Shown here: in pieces, positions 9,551-19,915 of the stretch | How positions within the stretch are numbered: position 1 is the first letter of the stretch | How the letters are laid out: each line of letters begins with the position of its first letter | From: a bacterium | GTDB lineage: Bacteria > UBA8248 > JACPRG01 > G963555815 | Direction of reading: 5' to 3' | Assembly (NCBI GenBank): GCA_965218795.1 | Contig: OZ244653.1 | Coordinates: 2,688,001 to 2,752,000 of the forward strand | DNA: 64,000 nucleotides | The notes under the pieces: generated by a model | The model's input: only the letters and a program-made list of their open reading frames with translations | Told to the model about the DNA's origin: nothing | Database searches by the model: none | Made by a program: the position numbers and the translations under genes

Positions 9551-9862
9551 TTAGCCATTACCTGCCGGTGATTCACCCGGCAATTCCGGCACGACTTCGG
9601 AAATATCTCGGCTGATTTCCTCGACCTCGTCCCCTCGTCCGGCCCTCTCCATATCCCGCACCATGGCCTGGGCCGCGAACATCGCCGACCGAAGGAGCTG
9701 GATCTCGTGCTCCGTGTGGGGCCACTCCCTGTGGTCGAGGGCCTCCATCGCGAGCTCGACCACGAGTTGGTTGGCTGAGATCCCCCGCTCCTCCGCCTCC
9801 TTTTCGATCCTTTTCCATTGCTTGGGCGTGACCCGAATGTTCTTTTGCAGTGTCTGAACCAT
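9551..9862 (-). CDS. Ribbon-helix-helix-like DNA-binding protein
   Basis: KNIRVTPKQWKRIEKEAEERGISANQLVVELA beta-alpha-alpha pattern. Confidence 0.6.
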   Translation of the reverse strand: MVQTLQKNIRVTPKQWKRIEKEAEERGISANQLVVELAMEALDHREWPHTEHEIQLLRSAMFAAQAMVRDMERAGRGDEVEEISRDISEVVPELPGESPAGNG

Positions 9863-10544
9863 CAACTTTGCCGATCCTTTTGTGAAGACTCGAGTCCAGT
9901 TTGGTCCAGGAAACACCGAAATCGTCCTTGCTCATGGACACGGCACGCCCTCGTCCCGGACCGGAGAAAACCTCCGAATGATGCCAGAGGCCGAACCACC
10001 AAATTGGTAGCCATCATAGCGCAGCGCGGATCCGCGCGCGACCAGTCTGGTAGCGGGCGTATGCCGCTTGAGATCTCGCTCGAACTCCGGGCGCGATACG
10101 CGCTTGAATAAATGTAACGATATCAGAGAGATAGCGCCGCATAGCCTTGAGCTACCATATTGGTAGGACTTTTTCCGGCATCACAGAGACGCCCTAAGTC
10201 GTTGATTGCGCGCAAAAATGCAGGACAAGCGCGCGCATGGTGCAGCCAGCATCAGCGATGCGTGGGGTGTGAGAGTAAAAGCGCCGACCGGCGTCCGACA
10301 GACCAAAATGCGAGGAACGAGCGAAGAGGGGATCTCCGCGGGCGCGGGACGCGCGGGGGAGCCGCCGCGGCGATTGAGCGGGCGGCCGTGCGGAGGATGG
10401 TGCATGGAGCAGTGCGGGACGGAGTGAGCAGTGGGGTCCGCACCGGTGCGGTGCGAAGTGCGGCGGGCGGTGCTGCAGCGGGCAACGCGGAAGAAGAACG
10501 GACCGCGCCGCCGGGTGGCGACGCGACCCGCGAGGTCGTTCGAC

Positions 10545-11468
10545 TCAGGCGGCGACACACTGGACCGGGATCCCGAGCTTGCGCGCCTTGTCCACCAGAT
10601 TGTCCGTGATGCCCGAACCCGGGAACGCGATGACGCCCTTGGGGAGGAGATCGAGCAGCTCGTCATTGCGCCGGAAGGGAGCGGCGCGTCCGTGTGCGTC
10701 CCAGTCGGGCTTGCAGACGATCTGGTGGACGCCGTTGCGATCCGCCCACTTGGCCGCGATCTTCTCGACGCCGGGGCCGCCTCCGTGGACCAGGACCACG
10801 TCGTCGTACTTGGCCTTGAGCCTCTCGAGGGTGCGGATGATGGCGCCTGCGTCGCCGGCCTGCTTGCCGCCTGCCACCGCCACGAGGGTTCCCTGGGGCA
10901 GGAGCGCCTTGTTCTCGCGGTCCCTGCGGGCACGCTGGAAGTCTCGGGCGTCGATCATGGCCGAAGTGAGCTTGCCGGTCTGGGAGGTGTGGGACCCGCG
11001 CCGGGGCCGCCAGAGGTCTCCGGTCTCGACCCGGTAGGCCTCGGCCGCTGTATCGCGGAGTTGCTCGAAGGCGTCCCGCCGGTCCGTGAGGTTCTTGGTT
11101 CGGTCGGTGATGAGTTCGAGCTCTCGGGACTTGAACTCGGAGCCGTCCTGCTCGCGCTGGAGGTCGCGCATCTCGGGTACGAGCCTGTCGGCCGCGCGGT
11201 CGAGGCGCTGGGTCTGGGCGTCGAGCATGTTGACGAAGCCCCAGAGCAGGCTCTCGCGCTCGTCGGCGAGTTGCGTTCCGTCGGGCGCGACGCCGTGTGC
11301 CATGATGCGGAAGGCTTCCGTGACGGCGGAGATCGCGTTCTCCGGGTCCCAGAGCTCCCGGTTGTCGAATTCGTCTTGCTCCGGGGTAGCGCCGAAGAGA
11401 GCCGCCTGGTCGCAGACGGTGGCGGTGACGGACTGCGCTTGCGCTTGGATGTTGTCGATATCGTTCAT
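10545..11468 (-). CDS. DUF2493 (SLOG/YspA-like) plasmid protein
   Basis: C-terminal VAVAGG..VLVHGGGPGVEKIAAKWA...AAPFRRND..FPGSGIT SLOG motifs. RBS AAGGAG. Confidence 0.85.
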   Translation of the reverse strand: MNDIDNIQAQAQSVTATVCDQAALFGATPEQDEFDNRELWDPENAISAVTEAFRIMAHGVAPDGTQLADERESLLWGFVNMLDAQTQRLDRAADRLVPEMRDLQREQDGSEFKSRELELITDRTKNLTDRRDAFEQLRDTAAEAYRVETGDLWRPRRGSHTSQTGKLTSAMIDARDFQRARRDRENKALLPQGTLVAVAGGKQAGDAGAIIRTLERLKAKYDDVVLVHGGGPGVEKIAAKWADRNGVHQIVCKPDWDAHGRAAPFRRNDELLDLLPKGVIAFPGSGITDNLVDKARKLGIPVQCVAA

Positions 11469-12093
11469 GATGCTCTCCTTATGGATTGAGTGTAGAGAAC
11501 CGTTATGGTTCGTTGTGCGGAGAGAGTCTCCGAACGTGATGGTTGAGTGGCCCACGCGCGCGCAGCAAAGTCACCGCGGCCGCAAGGCCTGGCGCGGCGA
11601 GGGGCGCGAGTGGTGCGGGCGCACAAGCGACCGCAGGGAGCGCGGAGCCTCGGTCGCGTTTCTTGGCGCGCCTAGGCGCTTTTGCGCCGTAGCCTTGCGA
11701 GCCAAGGCCGGAACGGAGCGTAGCGGAGAGTAGGACCCCTTGGGGGTTGGCGCCGCGAGCACGTGTGGGACAATGGGCCATCACGTCGAGAGGGATATTG
11801 TTAGCGATTGGCGCGGACCCCCTGGGCGGTTCCGGAATTGAGACCCGGGTCTCGGGCGCCGGCCCGGCAAGCGGAGATTGCAGCGGAGAGCCCGGCCCGA
11901 AGGCATGGCCCGTCACCGCAACGGACGCGTATCCGCAACCTCGCCGACGCGATTGCCATGGTGGTGGACCCTCGACTCGTACGGGGCGATGCACTTGAAA
12001 GTGACGGATTGCATGGTGCGGTTCTCCTTCCGTGTTGCCGATGCCCGGGGGGCTCTCTCTCCCTCCTCGCGGCGTTCGCTCCCCTCTCCAGCT

Positions 12094-12282
12094 TCACTCT
12101 CTCCTCCGTTCCGCCAGAACGGAGGCCGCCCATGCCGCGGCGCGGGCGAGGACCTGCCCATGGCAGGGCAGCGGCGCGCACCAGCAGGCCAGCGGCTTGC
12201 CGTGAAGGGCGGCGAGTTCGTCGAGCCCGACCTCGGCGGCGCGAATGCGGCGCCAGAGATCGGCGCGATAGCGCGCGATCAC
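12094..12282 (-). pseudogene. DUF4326-like C-terminal fragment
   Basis: LAALHGKPLACWCAPLPCHGQVL signature. N-terminus absent. Confidence 0.65.
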
Positions 12283-12283
12283 T

Positions 12284-13160
12284 TCATCGCGCGATCCGTC
12301 CGGACCGATGCGGCGTACGGAACAGGGCGGTGAGCCGAAGGGCCAGAGCCCGGGGTCCGAGAGTGACCAGGTCGTCGTTGAAGTCGCCGTATTCGGAGAC
12401 GATGACGTGGGCGGCGACGCCCGCCCGCGCGCAGCGCCGGGCGAGGCGTTGGGCGGCCCGTTCGCCCTCGGAATCGTTGTCCCGGGCGATGACGAGGCGC
12501 GCGACGCCGCCAGGCGGAGCGAAGGCGGCGGGCCTGCCGAAGCGCACGGCGCGTCCGTGGATGCGGCCGAGCGCCTTGCGCGGGGCCGCGACGTCCGCCT
12601 TGGCGGGCAAGCGCGGATCGAGCCAGGTGCGCTGCACGCCGTGGATGGCGCCGTCGTCGCCGGTCACGGCGGCGACCAGCGCCGGAAAACGGCGCAGGGA
12701 AGAGCCTTCGCGATAGCGAAGCTCGGGATGGAAGCGCAATGCCGGGAACCGGCAGCGCGCGAGTCCGCGGGCGCGGAGATAGGCCTCGGCATGGGTGCCG
12801 CCGATGGCGCGGCAACGCCGCCAGAGGCGGCGGGCCGCTTTTGTTGCGTCGTAGCTCTCGCCCGACGCCGGCGGAGCCGGCAGGGCGAGGAAGGCGCGGG
12901 CCTCGGCGCGCCCGAGCGATGCCGGACGAGATCGAGCAGGTCCCCGTGCTCTCCGGTGGCCGCGTCGGTCCACTTCCCGGGGACCCCGGGACCGTGCAGG
13001 CGGACGAAGAGCGAGCGCCTTCGAGATCGCCGGCGACCCAGTACCGGCCCTGCTTTTTGCCCTGGGGCAGGTAACGCCGGCAGACGGCCTCGGCGCGCGC
13101 GCCGAGCGCGGCGGCGATGTCGGCGGCGGGAGATGCGGAACGGGACGATGGGGGCGGCAT
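12284..13160 (-). pseudogene. Plasmid toprim/primase-like protein (DUF7146-type), frameshifted with internal deletions
   Basis: AEAVCRRYLPQG..GRYW..GD, GKWTDAATGEHGDLLDL, AEAYLRARG, PALVAAVT..G.QRTWLD, LVIARDND and GDFNDDL lie in different frames. Confidence 0.8.
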
Positions 13161-13354
13161 GACGGGCCTCCTCTGGATGGACGGGGAACGCCCGATACCG
13201 GCCGGCCTTTGCCTCCGGCCGGCGCCGGAGGGCGAAGCGTCGCGCGTAGCGCCGACGCGATGCCCGAACGGGTACGGACTCGGAACGGGCAGCAAAAAGA
13301 TGGGCCGACGCGCGAAGCGCCGGCCCGGGTAGAGGGAAGAAACGGAATGCGCGC

Positions 13355-13780
13355 TCAGAACGGGATGTCGTCCATGGGCGCTTCGTCGGACGGCGTCTCC
13401 GCCTCCGCGACCGGCGCGCCGTTGCCGTTGGGCTTGTCGAGGAACTGCACGCGCCCGCCCGGAACCAGCAGGATCTCGGTGGAGAACCGGTCGGAGTCCT
13501 CGTCGTCCTTCTTCCAGCGACGGGTCTGCAGCTTGCCCGCCACATAGACCAGCCGGCCCTTCGTCGCGTGCTTCTCGAACATGTCCACCAGCCCGGGCTG
13601 GAAGGTCACGACCCGGTGCCACTCGGTCTTGTCGACCCGGTCTCCGGTCTGCTTGTCGATGTAGCCCTCGTCGGTGGCGATGGACAGGTTGGCCACGCGT
13701 CCGCCGCTGGTGAGGTGGTTGACGGTGACGTCGGCGCCGAGGCGGCCGATCAGTTCAGCGCGATTGAGTCCGAAGGCCAT
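13355..13780 (-). CDS. ssb: Single-stranded DNA-binding protein (mobile-element type)
   Basis: LNRAELIGRLGAD, TEWHRVV, KGRLVYVAGKLQTRRW, C-terminal DDIPF. Confidence 0.95.
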   Translation of the reverse strand: MAFGLNRAELIGRLGADVTVNHLTSGGRVANLSIATDEGYIDKQTGDRVDKTEWHRVVTFQPGLVDMFEKHATKGRLVYVAGKLQTRRWKKDDEDSDRFSTEILLVPGGRVQFLDKPNGNGAPVAEAETPSDEAPMDDIPF

Positions 13781-13861
13781 GATGAATCTCCTTATGGTTA
13801 AGGGTGTGGATGACGATGGGTGACGGAAGGAGGGAGAGCCTCTCTCTCCGGCCCCTTCGGT

Positions 13862-14008
13862 TCACCCTAGAAGAGCCTCTCCTTCTTCTCCGGCGTCGGC
13901 GCAGGCGGCTTCGGTCCTGATCCTGCGGATGGTGTGGGAATCGAGGCCGATCTCGGCGAGCAGTTCGTCATCGGTCGAGATATCGAGGTCGAAGTCACGG
14001 TCGATCAT
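13862..14008 (-). CDS. Small acidic hypothetical protein (48 aa)
   Basis: RBS AGGAGG before ATG 14008. MIDRDFDLDISTDDELLAEIGL... Confidence 0.5.
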   Translation of the reverse strand: MIDRDFDLDISTDDELLAEIGLDSHTIRRIRTEAACADAGEEGEALLG

Positions 14009-14272
14009 GGGCTGGCCTCCTGTTCCGGGTTGCCGTTCCCGGCATCGGGACCGGGAGACCGTCTCCCTTTCCCCTGCCGGGCATTCGCCCGGCTCTTGCC
14101 CGACTCGTCCTCTCCAAGGGCGGTTCGCGAGCTTGCATCGCGGCTCGTCATGCGGTCCGGTGCGGCATGGACGGACGGGGGTTCTCAGGCGGCGCCGACT
14201 CTGTCTGCCGGCAGGGGTCATAGCGCAGGCGGCGTTCCGCTTCATACCCGGAGAGCGTGGGCAGGCATCGGC

Positions 14273-14503
14273 ATGTGGCTGCCGATGATGCTGATGGCGG
14301 GGTCGTCGCTGATCGTCGTGGCGCCGTGTGCCGCCGGCCGCCGGCTGTGGCGGCTCGGCTACCGCCGCGCCGCCTGGGCAGCGGGGATCGGTCTGGGGGC
14401 CGTCACGGTGGCGGCGTCTGTCCTCGCGGGACTGCTCGGCCCGCTGGCGACCGCGGTCTGTGCAGCGGTGCCCGGCCTGTCGGTCTGGATCGCGGCGCTG
14501 TGA
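14273..14503 (+). CDS. Small hydrophobic membrane protein
   Basis: MWLPMMLMAGSSLIVV... with 2-3 hydrophobic segments. Confidence 0.35.
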   Translation: MWLPMMLMAGSSLIVVAPCAAGRRLWRLGYRRAAWAAGIGLGAVTVAASVLAGLLGPLATAVCAAVPGLSVWIAAL

Positions 14504-14618
14504 CTCGCCCGGCGGGGTTGAAAGCAGACGGCGGCAGACCGGCCATACGTATGGTCGCCGCCCGCCCGGCGATACGGATACGCGGATTCCGGCGGCGAGC
14601 GGCCCCGCCGAACGCGGA

Positions 14619-15440
14619 TCACCACGAGGTAGAGGTCAAGGTCGCCATGGGCGAAACATCGGAGATGATCTCGACCTCGTCGCGGGAAAGCCGGGCGAAG
14701 GCCAAGCACATCGCGACCTCCTCCCAGCTGTCCCAGGTTCCGTGATCCTCGCCCGTCGCGATCTCGATGACCGTGTAACGCGGCGGCCAGATCGGAATGC
14801 CGCGATGTTCGCCCGAATGCACATAAGAGCGGCGGGCGCAGGCGGGGCACCGCGACGCGCCCTGGGATAGCTCGCCGCAGTCAGTGCAAAGCCTCCGTGC
14901 GCGCCGGCGGGCGTAGCGACGACGGCTCTGGGCGTTCTTCGCGTTCTTTCTCGAGCGTTTGGCCTCGCACCTGGCGCACCGTTCGCAGCGCGAGCCGCCA
15001 TCGGGGACCGGCACGCCGCATCTGCCGCACTCACCGGCGGCGCGCCGCTCGGCATATTGTTCCCGCTCGCTTTCACGCCTCGCCTCGCGACAGGGCTCGC
15101 AGACCGTGCCGCCTTCAACGGGCGGATGCCGACCGCAGCGCGTGCACAGGCCGGCGTCCCTCCGAGCCTGATCGCGCCGCCTGCTCCTGCCGCATGCGAT
15201 CCTGCGGCATCGTTCGGCGTCGCAGCCGCCGTAAAGCTTGCCGGCGGTCTTGCCGGCCGCATAGCGGGCGCGATCGGCCTTGCGCCGCTTCTCGCCGCAG
15301 CGTTGGCACAAGTTGTGATCCGGTGCGGGCGGGGCCGATCCGCATTTCGGGCAAAGCCCGCGCGCGATGCGCTCTTCGGTGAGGCGCCGGTAGCGTTGCC
15401 GGTCGCTGGCGCGCGTCTTGGCCGGATCCTTGTAGGGCAC
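14619..15440 (-). CDS. Arg-rich multi-CxxC (Zn-ribbon array) protein
   Basis: GTG start after GGAGG. Eight CxxC pairs separated by basic helices. Confidence 0.7.
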   Translation of the reverse strand: MPYKDPAKTRASDRQRYRRLTEERIARGLCPKCGSAPPAPDHNLCQRCGEKRRKADRARYAAGKTAGKLYGGCDAERCRRIACGRSRRRDQARRDAGLCTRCGRHPPVEGGTVCEPCREARRESEREQYAERRAAGECGRCGVPVPDGGSRCERCARCEAKRSRKNAKNAQSRRRYARRRARRLCTDCGELSQGASRCPACARRSYVHSGEHRGIPIWPPRYTVIEIATGEDHGTWDSWEEVAMCLAFARLSRDEVEIISDVSPMATLTSTSW

Positions 15441-16334
15441 GCGGTGTCCTCCCTTACCGTGGTTGTGGTCAGGGCGAACGGCGCCCGGCCGGAGCGGCCC
15501 GGCGGAGGCGCCGTCGAACGCCGTTCAGCGATGCTTGCCGTTCACGAACAGGCCGGTCGCCAGATCGCCCCAGTACTGCACGCCGGCCGTGGCGCAATTG
15601 ACGCCCGTGCAGATGATGATCTCGTCGCGCGCGGGCCGCATCCGCTGGACGGTGCGCAGGGAGACGACCTCGCGGGACGCCTTGCCCCGGCCCTTCTTCG
15701 ACGGCGCGTCGGCGCGCGCGGGGTGGATCTCGCCGCCGGCCATAGACTGGAACCGTTCGACGCGGTACCGGTCGTCATCGAGGCCCCGGCCGAACAAGTG
15801 GGTGAGGAAAGTGTGCGCGTTGCCGCGCGGTAGTGGAGTTACCCCGTTTTTGTGGACAGTTTAGGTCTGTCGTCCCCAGCCCTGCGATGGGCGACAGCCG
15901 GTGGACGTACAGTCTTACCCAAGAGCGGTGGATAGGGTATGCCCGGAGGGTATGTCTTTCTCTCCGGCTCTTTGCTCCAGCAAGCACCGGAGCCCCCGCC
16001 AGCCGGACGATGAGCGTTGCGCACTGCACCCGGCGTTGCCTTCGCCGCGTCGCGTTCGTAGTCGTTGGGGCTGAGGTAACCCAGGGCGGAGTGCCGGCGG
16101 CGTGGGTTGTACCAGCCTTCGATGAATTGGAAGATCGCCATGCGCGCCTGGGCCTGGGTACGGAACGAACGCCGGTCGATGAGCTCGCACTCCAGCGTGG
16201 CGAAAAAGCTCTCGGCCATGGCGTTGTCAAAGCAGTCCCCGGCCGACCCGGTCGAGGGAAGCACCCCCATCTCCCCGCACCGTTTGCCAAAGGCGAGCGA
16301 AGTGTACTGCGAGCCCTGGACGCTCTCATATTTG

Positions 16335-17390
16335 TCAAGTATTAGTTGAGGCGGTAAGGACCCGGTAGATTTCGCGGGCCACGTAGCGCTTCAGACAACG
16401 CATCACCTCTCGTTTGGACAGTCCTTCCTGGGTACGCCGCGCAACGTAGGCTCGGGTTTGCTGGTCGGTCCGCATCCGGCAGATGACGACCATGTGCAGG
16501 GCTGAGTTGGCTTGGCGGTTCCCGCCGCGGTTGAGGCGGTGGCGTTGCGTCTTCCCGCTTGAGGCTGGGATTGGGCAGGCGCCACACATCATCGCGAAGC
16601 TCGCCTCGGAGCGCAGCCGGTCCGAATTCTCCCCCGCGGCGACCATCAGTTCGCCAGCGTTCTCGATTCCCACGCCTTCGAGCTGGAGCAGATTGGGCGC
16701 GAGCTCCTCGACCAGCGGACCGATGAATCGATCGAGGTCGGCGATCTCGTCGTTCAGGTCCAGGATCCTGCGGGCGAGGGACTTCAGCGAGAGCCTGGTC
16801 GCGACCACCGGGTCTCGGTATCCCACGGTGTCCGGCCTCCAAGCCGCACAAGTGCGCAGGCGCTGCATCCGGGTGAGATGGCGGACTTGGTCGCGCACCT
16901 CCTCGGGTGCAGCGACGATCGTGTTGTGAAGCTGCTGCAGTGCCGCACGACGGCACTTCATCGCCGTCTTTCGAGTCGTGCGCAGCACCCGCAAGGCTTC
17001 CACCGCACCGCAACGGTCTTTGGCCACCTGCACGCGACGTCTGGTTCGAGCCGCCTCAGCCACCGCGACCGCATCGAGCACATCGTCTTTGCCTTTGGCT
17101 CTTCGACCCGCTCGGTCGGGACCGGTCACCTCGAGCACGGGCACGCCCGACAGCGCCAGGTGGCGGGTAATGCCGGCCCCGTAAGTCCCCGTGGATTCGA
17201 CCCCTACGCGAAGCAACTCCCCGTGAGACCGGAACCAGCGAAGCATCGCCCGGTAGCCGGCCCGGGTGGTGGAGAACAATTCGGTGCCGAGTACTGCTCC
17301 ATCAAGGTCCACAATGGCAGCGGTGTGCAGGTCCTGGTGGGTATCGACGCCTCCGATGATCTCATTGCGCTCCGGTATCCTGTTCGTCAT
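16335..17390 (-). CDS. IS110 DEDD recombinase/transposase (intact)
   Basis: IGGVDTH, VGVESTGTYG, GKDDVLDA, PIPASSG (catalytic Ser), GGNRQAN. Confidence 0.95.
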   Translation of the reverse strand: MTNRIPERNEIIGGVDTHQDLHTAAIVDLDGAVLGTELFSTTRAGYRAMLRWFRSHGELLRVGVESTGTYGAGITRHLALSGVPVLEVTGPDRAGRRAKGKDDVLDAVAVAEAARTRRRVQVAKDRCGAVEALRVLRTTRKTAMKCRRAALQQLHNTIVAAPEEVRDQVRHLTRMQRLRTCAAWRPDTVGYRDPVVATRLSLKSLARRILDLNDEIADLDRFIGPLVEELAPNLLQLEGVGIENAGELMVAAGENSDRLRSEASFAMMCGACPIPASSGKTQRHRLNRGGNRQANSALHMVVICRMRTDQQTRAYVARRTQEGLSKREVMRCLKRYVAREIYRVLTASTNT

Positions 17391-17439
17391 GTCCGCTCTC
17401 CGATCTATGATGGGTGAAGGGATCGGAACCGAACTCAGC

Positions 17440-17600
17440 CGATGTCGGACACGACAGGGAAGGGACGCCTTGGGCCAGGCTCTCATCAGGTCACGATGTC
17501 GGTCGAGGTCGGAACCTCAACCGGTTGCCCCTGGGTGGCCGACAAGTCAAGGGAACGACACCACGGTCAACCAGAGTGTGGGTCAAGCCACCCTGGGGCG
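17440..17600 (-). ncRNA. Putative bridge RNA of IS110 #1
   Basis: Loop segments ATGAGAGC and TCCCTG match the element's own two ends. A second stem-enclosed loop partly matches the insertion site. Boundaries approximate. Confidence 0.6.
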
Positions 17601-18302
17601 GCCGGCCCTACAAGCCTAAATGCATTACTCGCGGTACGGGTCAGACCACCTCAGGTAACCGGCCCTCACATACTCCCTGTCCGAATGATGCACGACCCCA
17701 TAGGGCCGGCGCTGTCCCAGCGCCATGTTGAGCGCCCCGAGCACCAGCTCGGTGCGAAGATGATGGGCCATGCACCACCCTACGATCCGGCGACTGAACA
17801 CGTCGAGCACGATGGCCAGGTACACGAACCCCGTCCAGGTCGGCACGTAGGTGATGTCGGCCACCCAAATCCGGTCCGGCGCATCGGCCTGGAACTGGCG
17901 TTCGACCCGGTCCGGGACCGCACGATGACTCGGGTCCAGACGCGTGGTGCGCGTGCCCCGGCGCCGGCTCACCCCGGCCAAGCCCGCCTCGCGCATCAGA
18001 CGAGCCACCCGTTTGCGGCCCACCCGGCAGCAGCCGCCGGCCATCAGCCCGGCATGCACCCGAGGCGCCCCGTACGTGCCGCCAGATGCCTCGTGGATGG
18101 CCCGGATCGTGCCCCCCAACGCCTCGTCGTGCTTCGCACGATTGGAACGCCCACGGCTTCGCCACGTGTAGTACCCGCTGGAGGAGACACCCAGCACCCG
18201 GCACATCGTGGCCACCCGATGACAGGCCTGGTTCGCCTTCACGAGCCCGAAGACCTCCCCGGCACCGAGCCGGTCTCCCGTGCGAACCAGACCGCGGCTT
18301 TC

Positions 18303-19668
18303 CTAAGAAACTGCCTCCGCACCCTCCTGCAGAACATACCCCAGAGAAGCGGCCCGTCGGCGAAGATTCTTCACCACACGCTGACGATAACGCTCTTCAT
18401 AGTATGAAGCGCCGGGATCCACATACTTCTGCCCATATCGCAGCGTGTTGTATAGCAGGACCGCAATCTTTCGGGCGGTGGCAGTCACCGCCTTGGCCTT
18501 GCCGATCCGCGCCGACAATCGACGATAGAACGCTCCGAGCGCGGTCTCGGTCCTGCCCACCGCCACCGCCGCCAGACGCAGCACCGCAGCGGCCCGATTC
18601 GACGTACGGCGCGTTCTCGAGGCCAGAACGCGTCCACCGGAGATCTTGTTCGCCGGCGCCAATGCAAGCCACGACGTGAAGTGCTTCGCGCTCGGCCATC
18701 GAGACATATCCGTCCCACATTCGGCGATGATCTTCAGCGCAAGGTAGGGGCCGACTCCGTGAATCTGGGTCAGGTCTACGCCGAGCAACGCATACAGGGC
18801 GCCTCGTACGTCGAAGTTCAATCCGTTGGGCTGACGCGCCTTGTGCCGAGGCGCGGGCAGCGCCGCCGACGGCTCATCGACGCCATCACTGAGGCGACCC
18901 AGGACCGCCTCGATTTCCTGGTCGCAGCGAGCCACTTGTGCTTGATACACATCGTACAGCTCCAGGGCCTGTCTCAGCGCAAAGACGTGCTCGCGTTGGT
19001 AATGCCCGACAAGCGCTTCACGGATCGTCTCGCGTGAGGATTTACAACGGCTGTCGCGCCATGCCGCGAGTAAGTCGGGGTCGACGACCCCCGACGCGAT
19101 CGCCCGAATCATCCGCAGCCCCGTCACCCCCGTGATGTCGGACACAACATGGTGAAGCTGAACATTCATCTGGGTCAGCGCCTTTTGCATGTGTTGAATG
19201 TGCGCCGCTGCATAGTCGCAGGAGGCGCTCGCGCTGTCTCAGGTAAGACCGCAACTCTGCGATCCCGCGAGTGGGGCGAAAACTGGCTCGCAACAAACCG
19301 TACTGGTGCAGCTGCTGCAGCCACTGCGCATCGTTCACGTCACTCTTGCGTCCCGGAACCGTCTTCACCTCCCGAGCGTTCACCACGATCACTTCCAATC
19401 CATGCTCTTGAAGGATCTCGAACAACGGGATCCAGTAAACGCCCGTGGACTCCATCGCGACCGTCTCGACCCCAGCCTCTTCGAACCAGTCGGCAAGACG
19501 CTGCAGGTCGTTGGTAAAGGTCTTGAAGGTGCGTACGGGCTCGTCAGTACCCTTCGATCCCACCGCGGCCACATGGATTCGCGACCCAATGTCCACCCCC
19601 GCCGCATTGGGATGGACCACCGTCATGCCTCGGGAAGAACGTTTCGTCCTGCGCTTTGTACTCGCCAT
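18303..19668 (-). pseudogene. IS110 transposase, single frameshift near 19220
   Basis: AGVDIGS, MESTGVYW, KSDVNDA in 19042-19668. MQKALTQMN..., KISGG in 18303-19190. Confidence 0.9.
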
Positions 19669-19915
19669 GGGTCCCTCTCCTTAATCATGTTGGGAGATGT
19701 CCGAGAGGCGGGACGGCGGTTCCCATCATTTTCCTAATCGGGCTCGTCGATCGACGGCGCCACAGTCAAGTCCGCAGCAGTCCCTGAACCACGTTTTTTG
19801 CGGGGTCATGATCCTCCAAAAAGCTGACGGTTGCTCCCCCCGGACATCGCACATTCTACGCTGCCCACCAAGTTTCCATTCGTCCAGGAAGACGCCGTCT
19901 TGTCCCGTTTTTTAG
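18306..19915 (-). mobile_element. IS110-family element #2 (CT core at both junctions)
   Basis: Removing it restores IS3 orfA GAG ATC CTT AGG AAA GCC GCG (EILRKAA). CT dinucleotide duplicated at 18306-7 and 19914-5. Confidence 0.88.

Larger units (their letters stand above)
16319..17679 (-). mobile_element. IS110-family element #1
   Basis: Removing it restores IS3 HHSD|QGSQYT. No terminal IRs. About 290-bp non-coding end upstream of the transposase. Confidence 0.9.

Noticed and set aside
10020-10260. oriT or att/res site in the AT-richer spacer
   Set aside because: Suggestive composition only. No recognisable nic site or paired repeat could be established.
19777-19815. GCAGTCCCT and GATCCT as additional IS110 guide matches
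   Set aside because: Short or imperfect. GATCCT is part of a hairpin stem, so probably coincidental.
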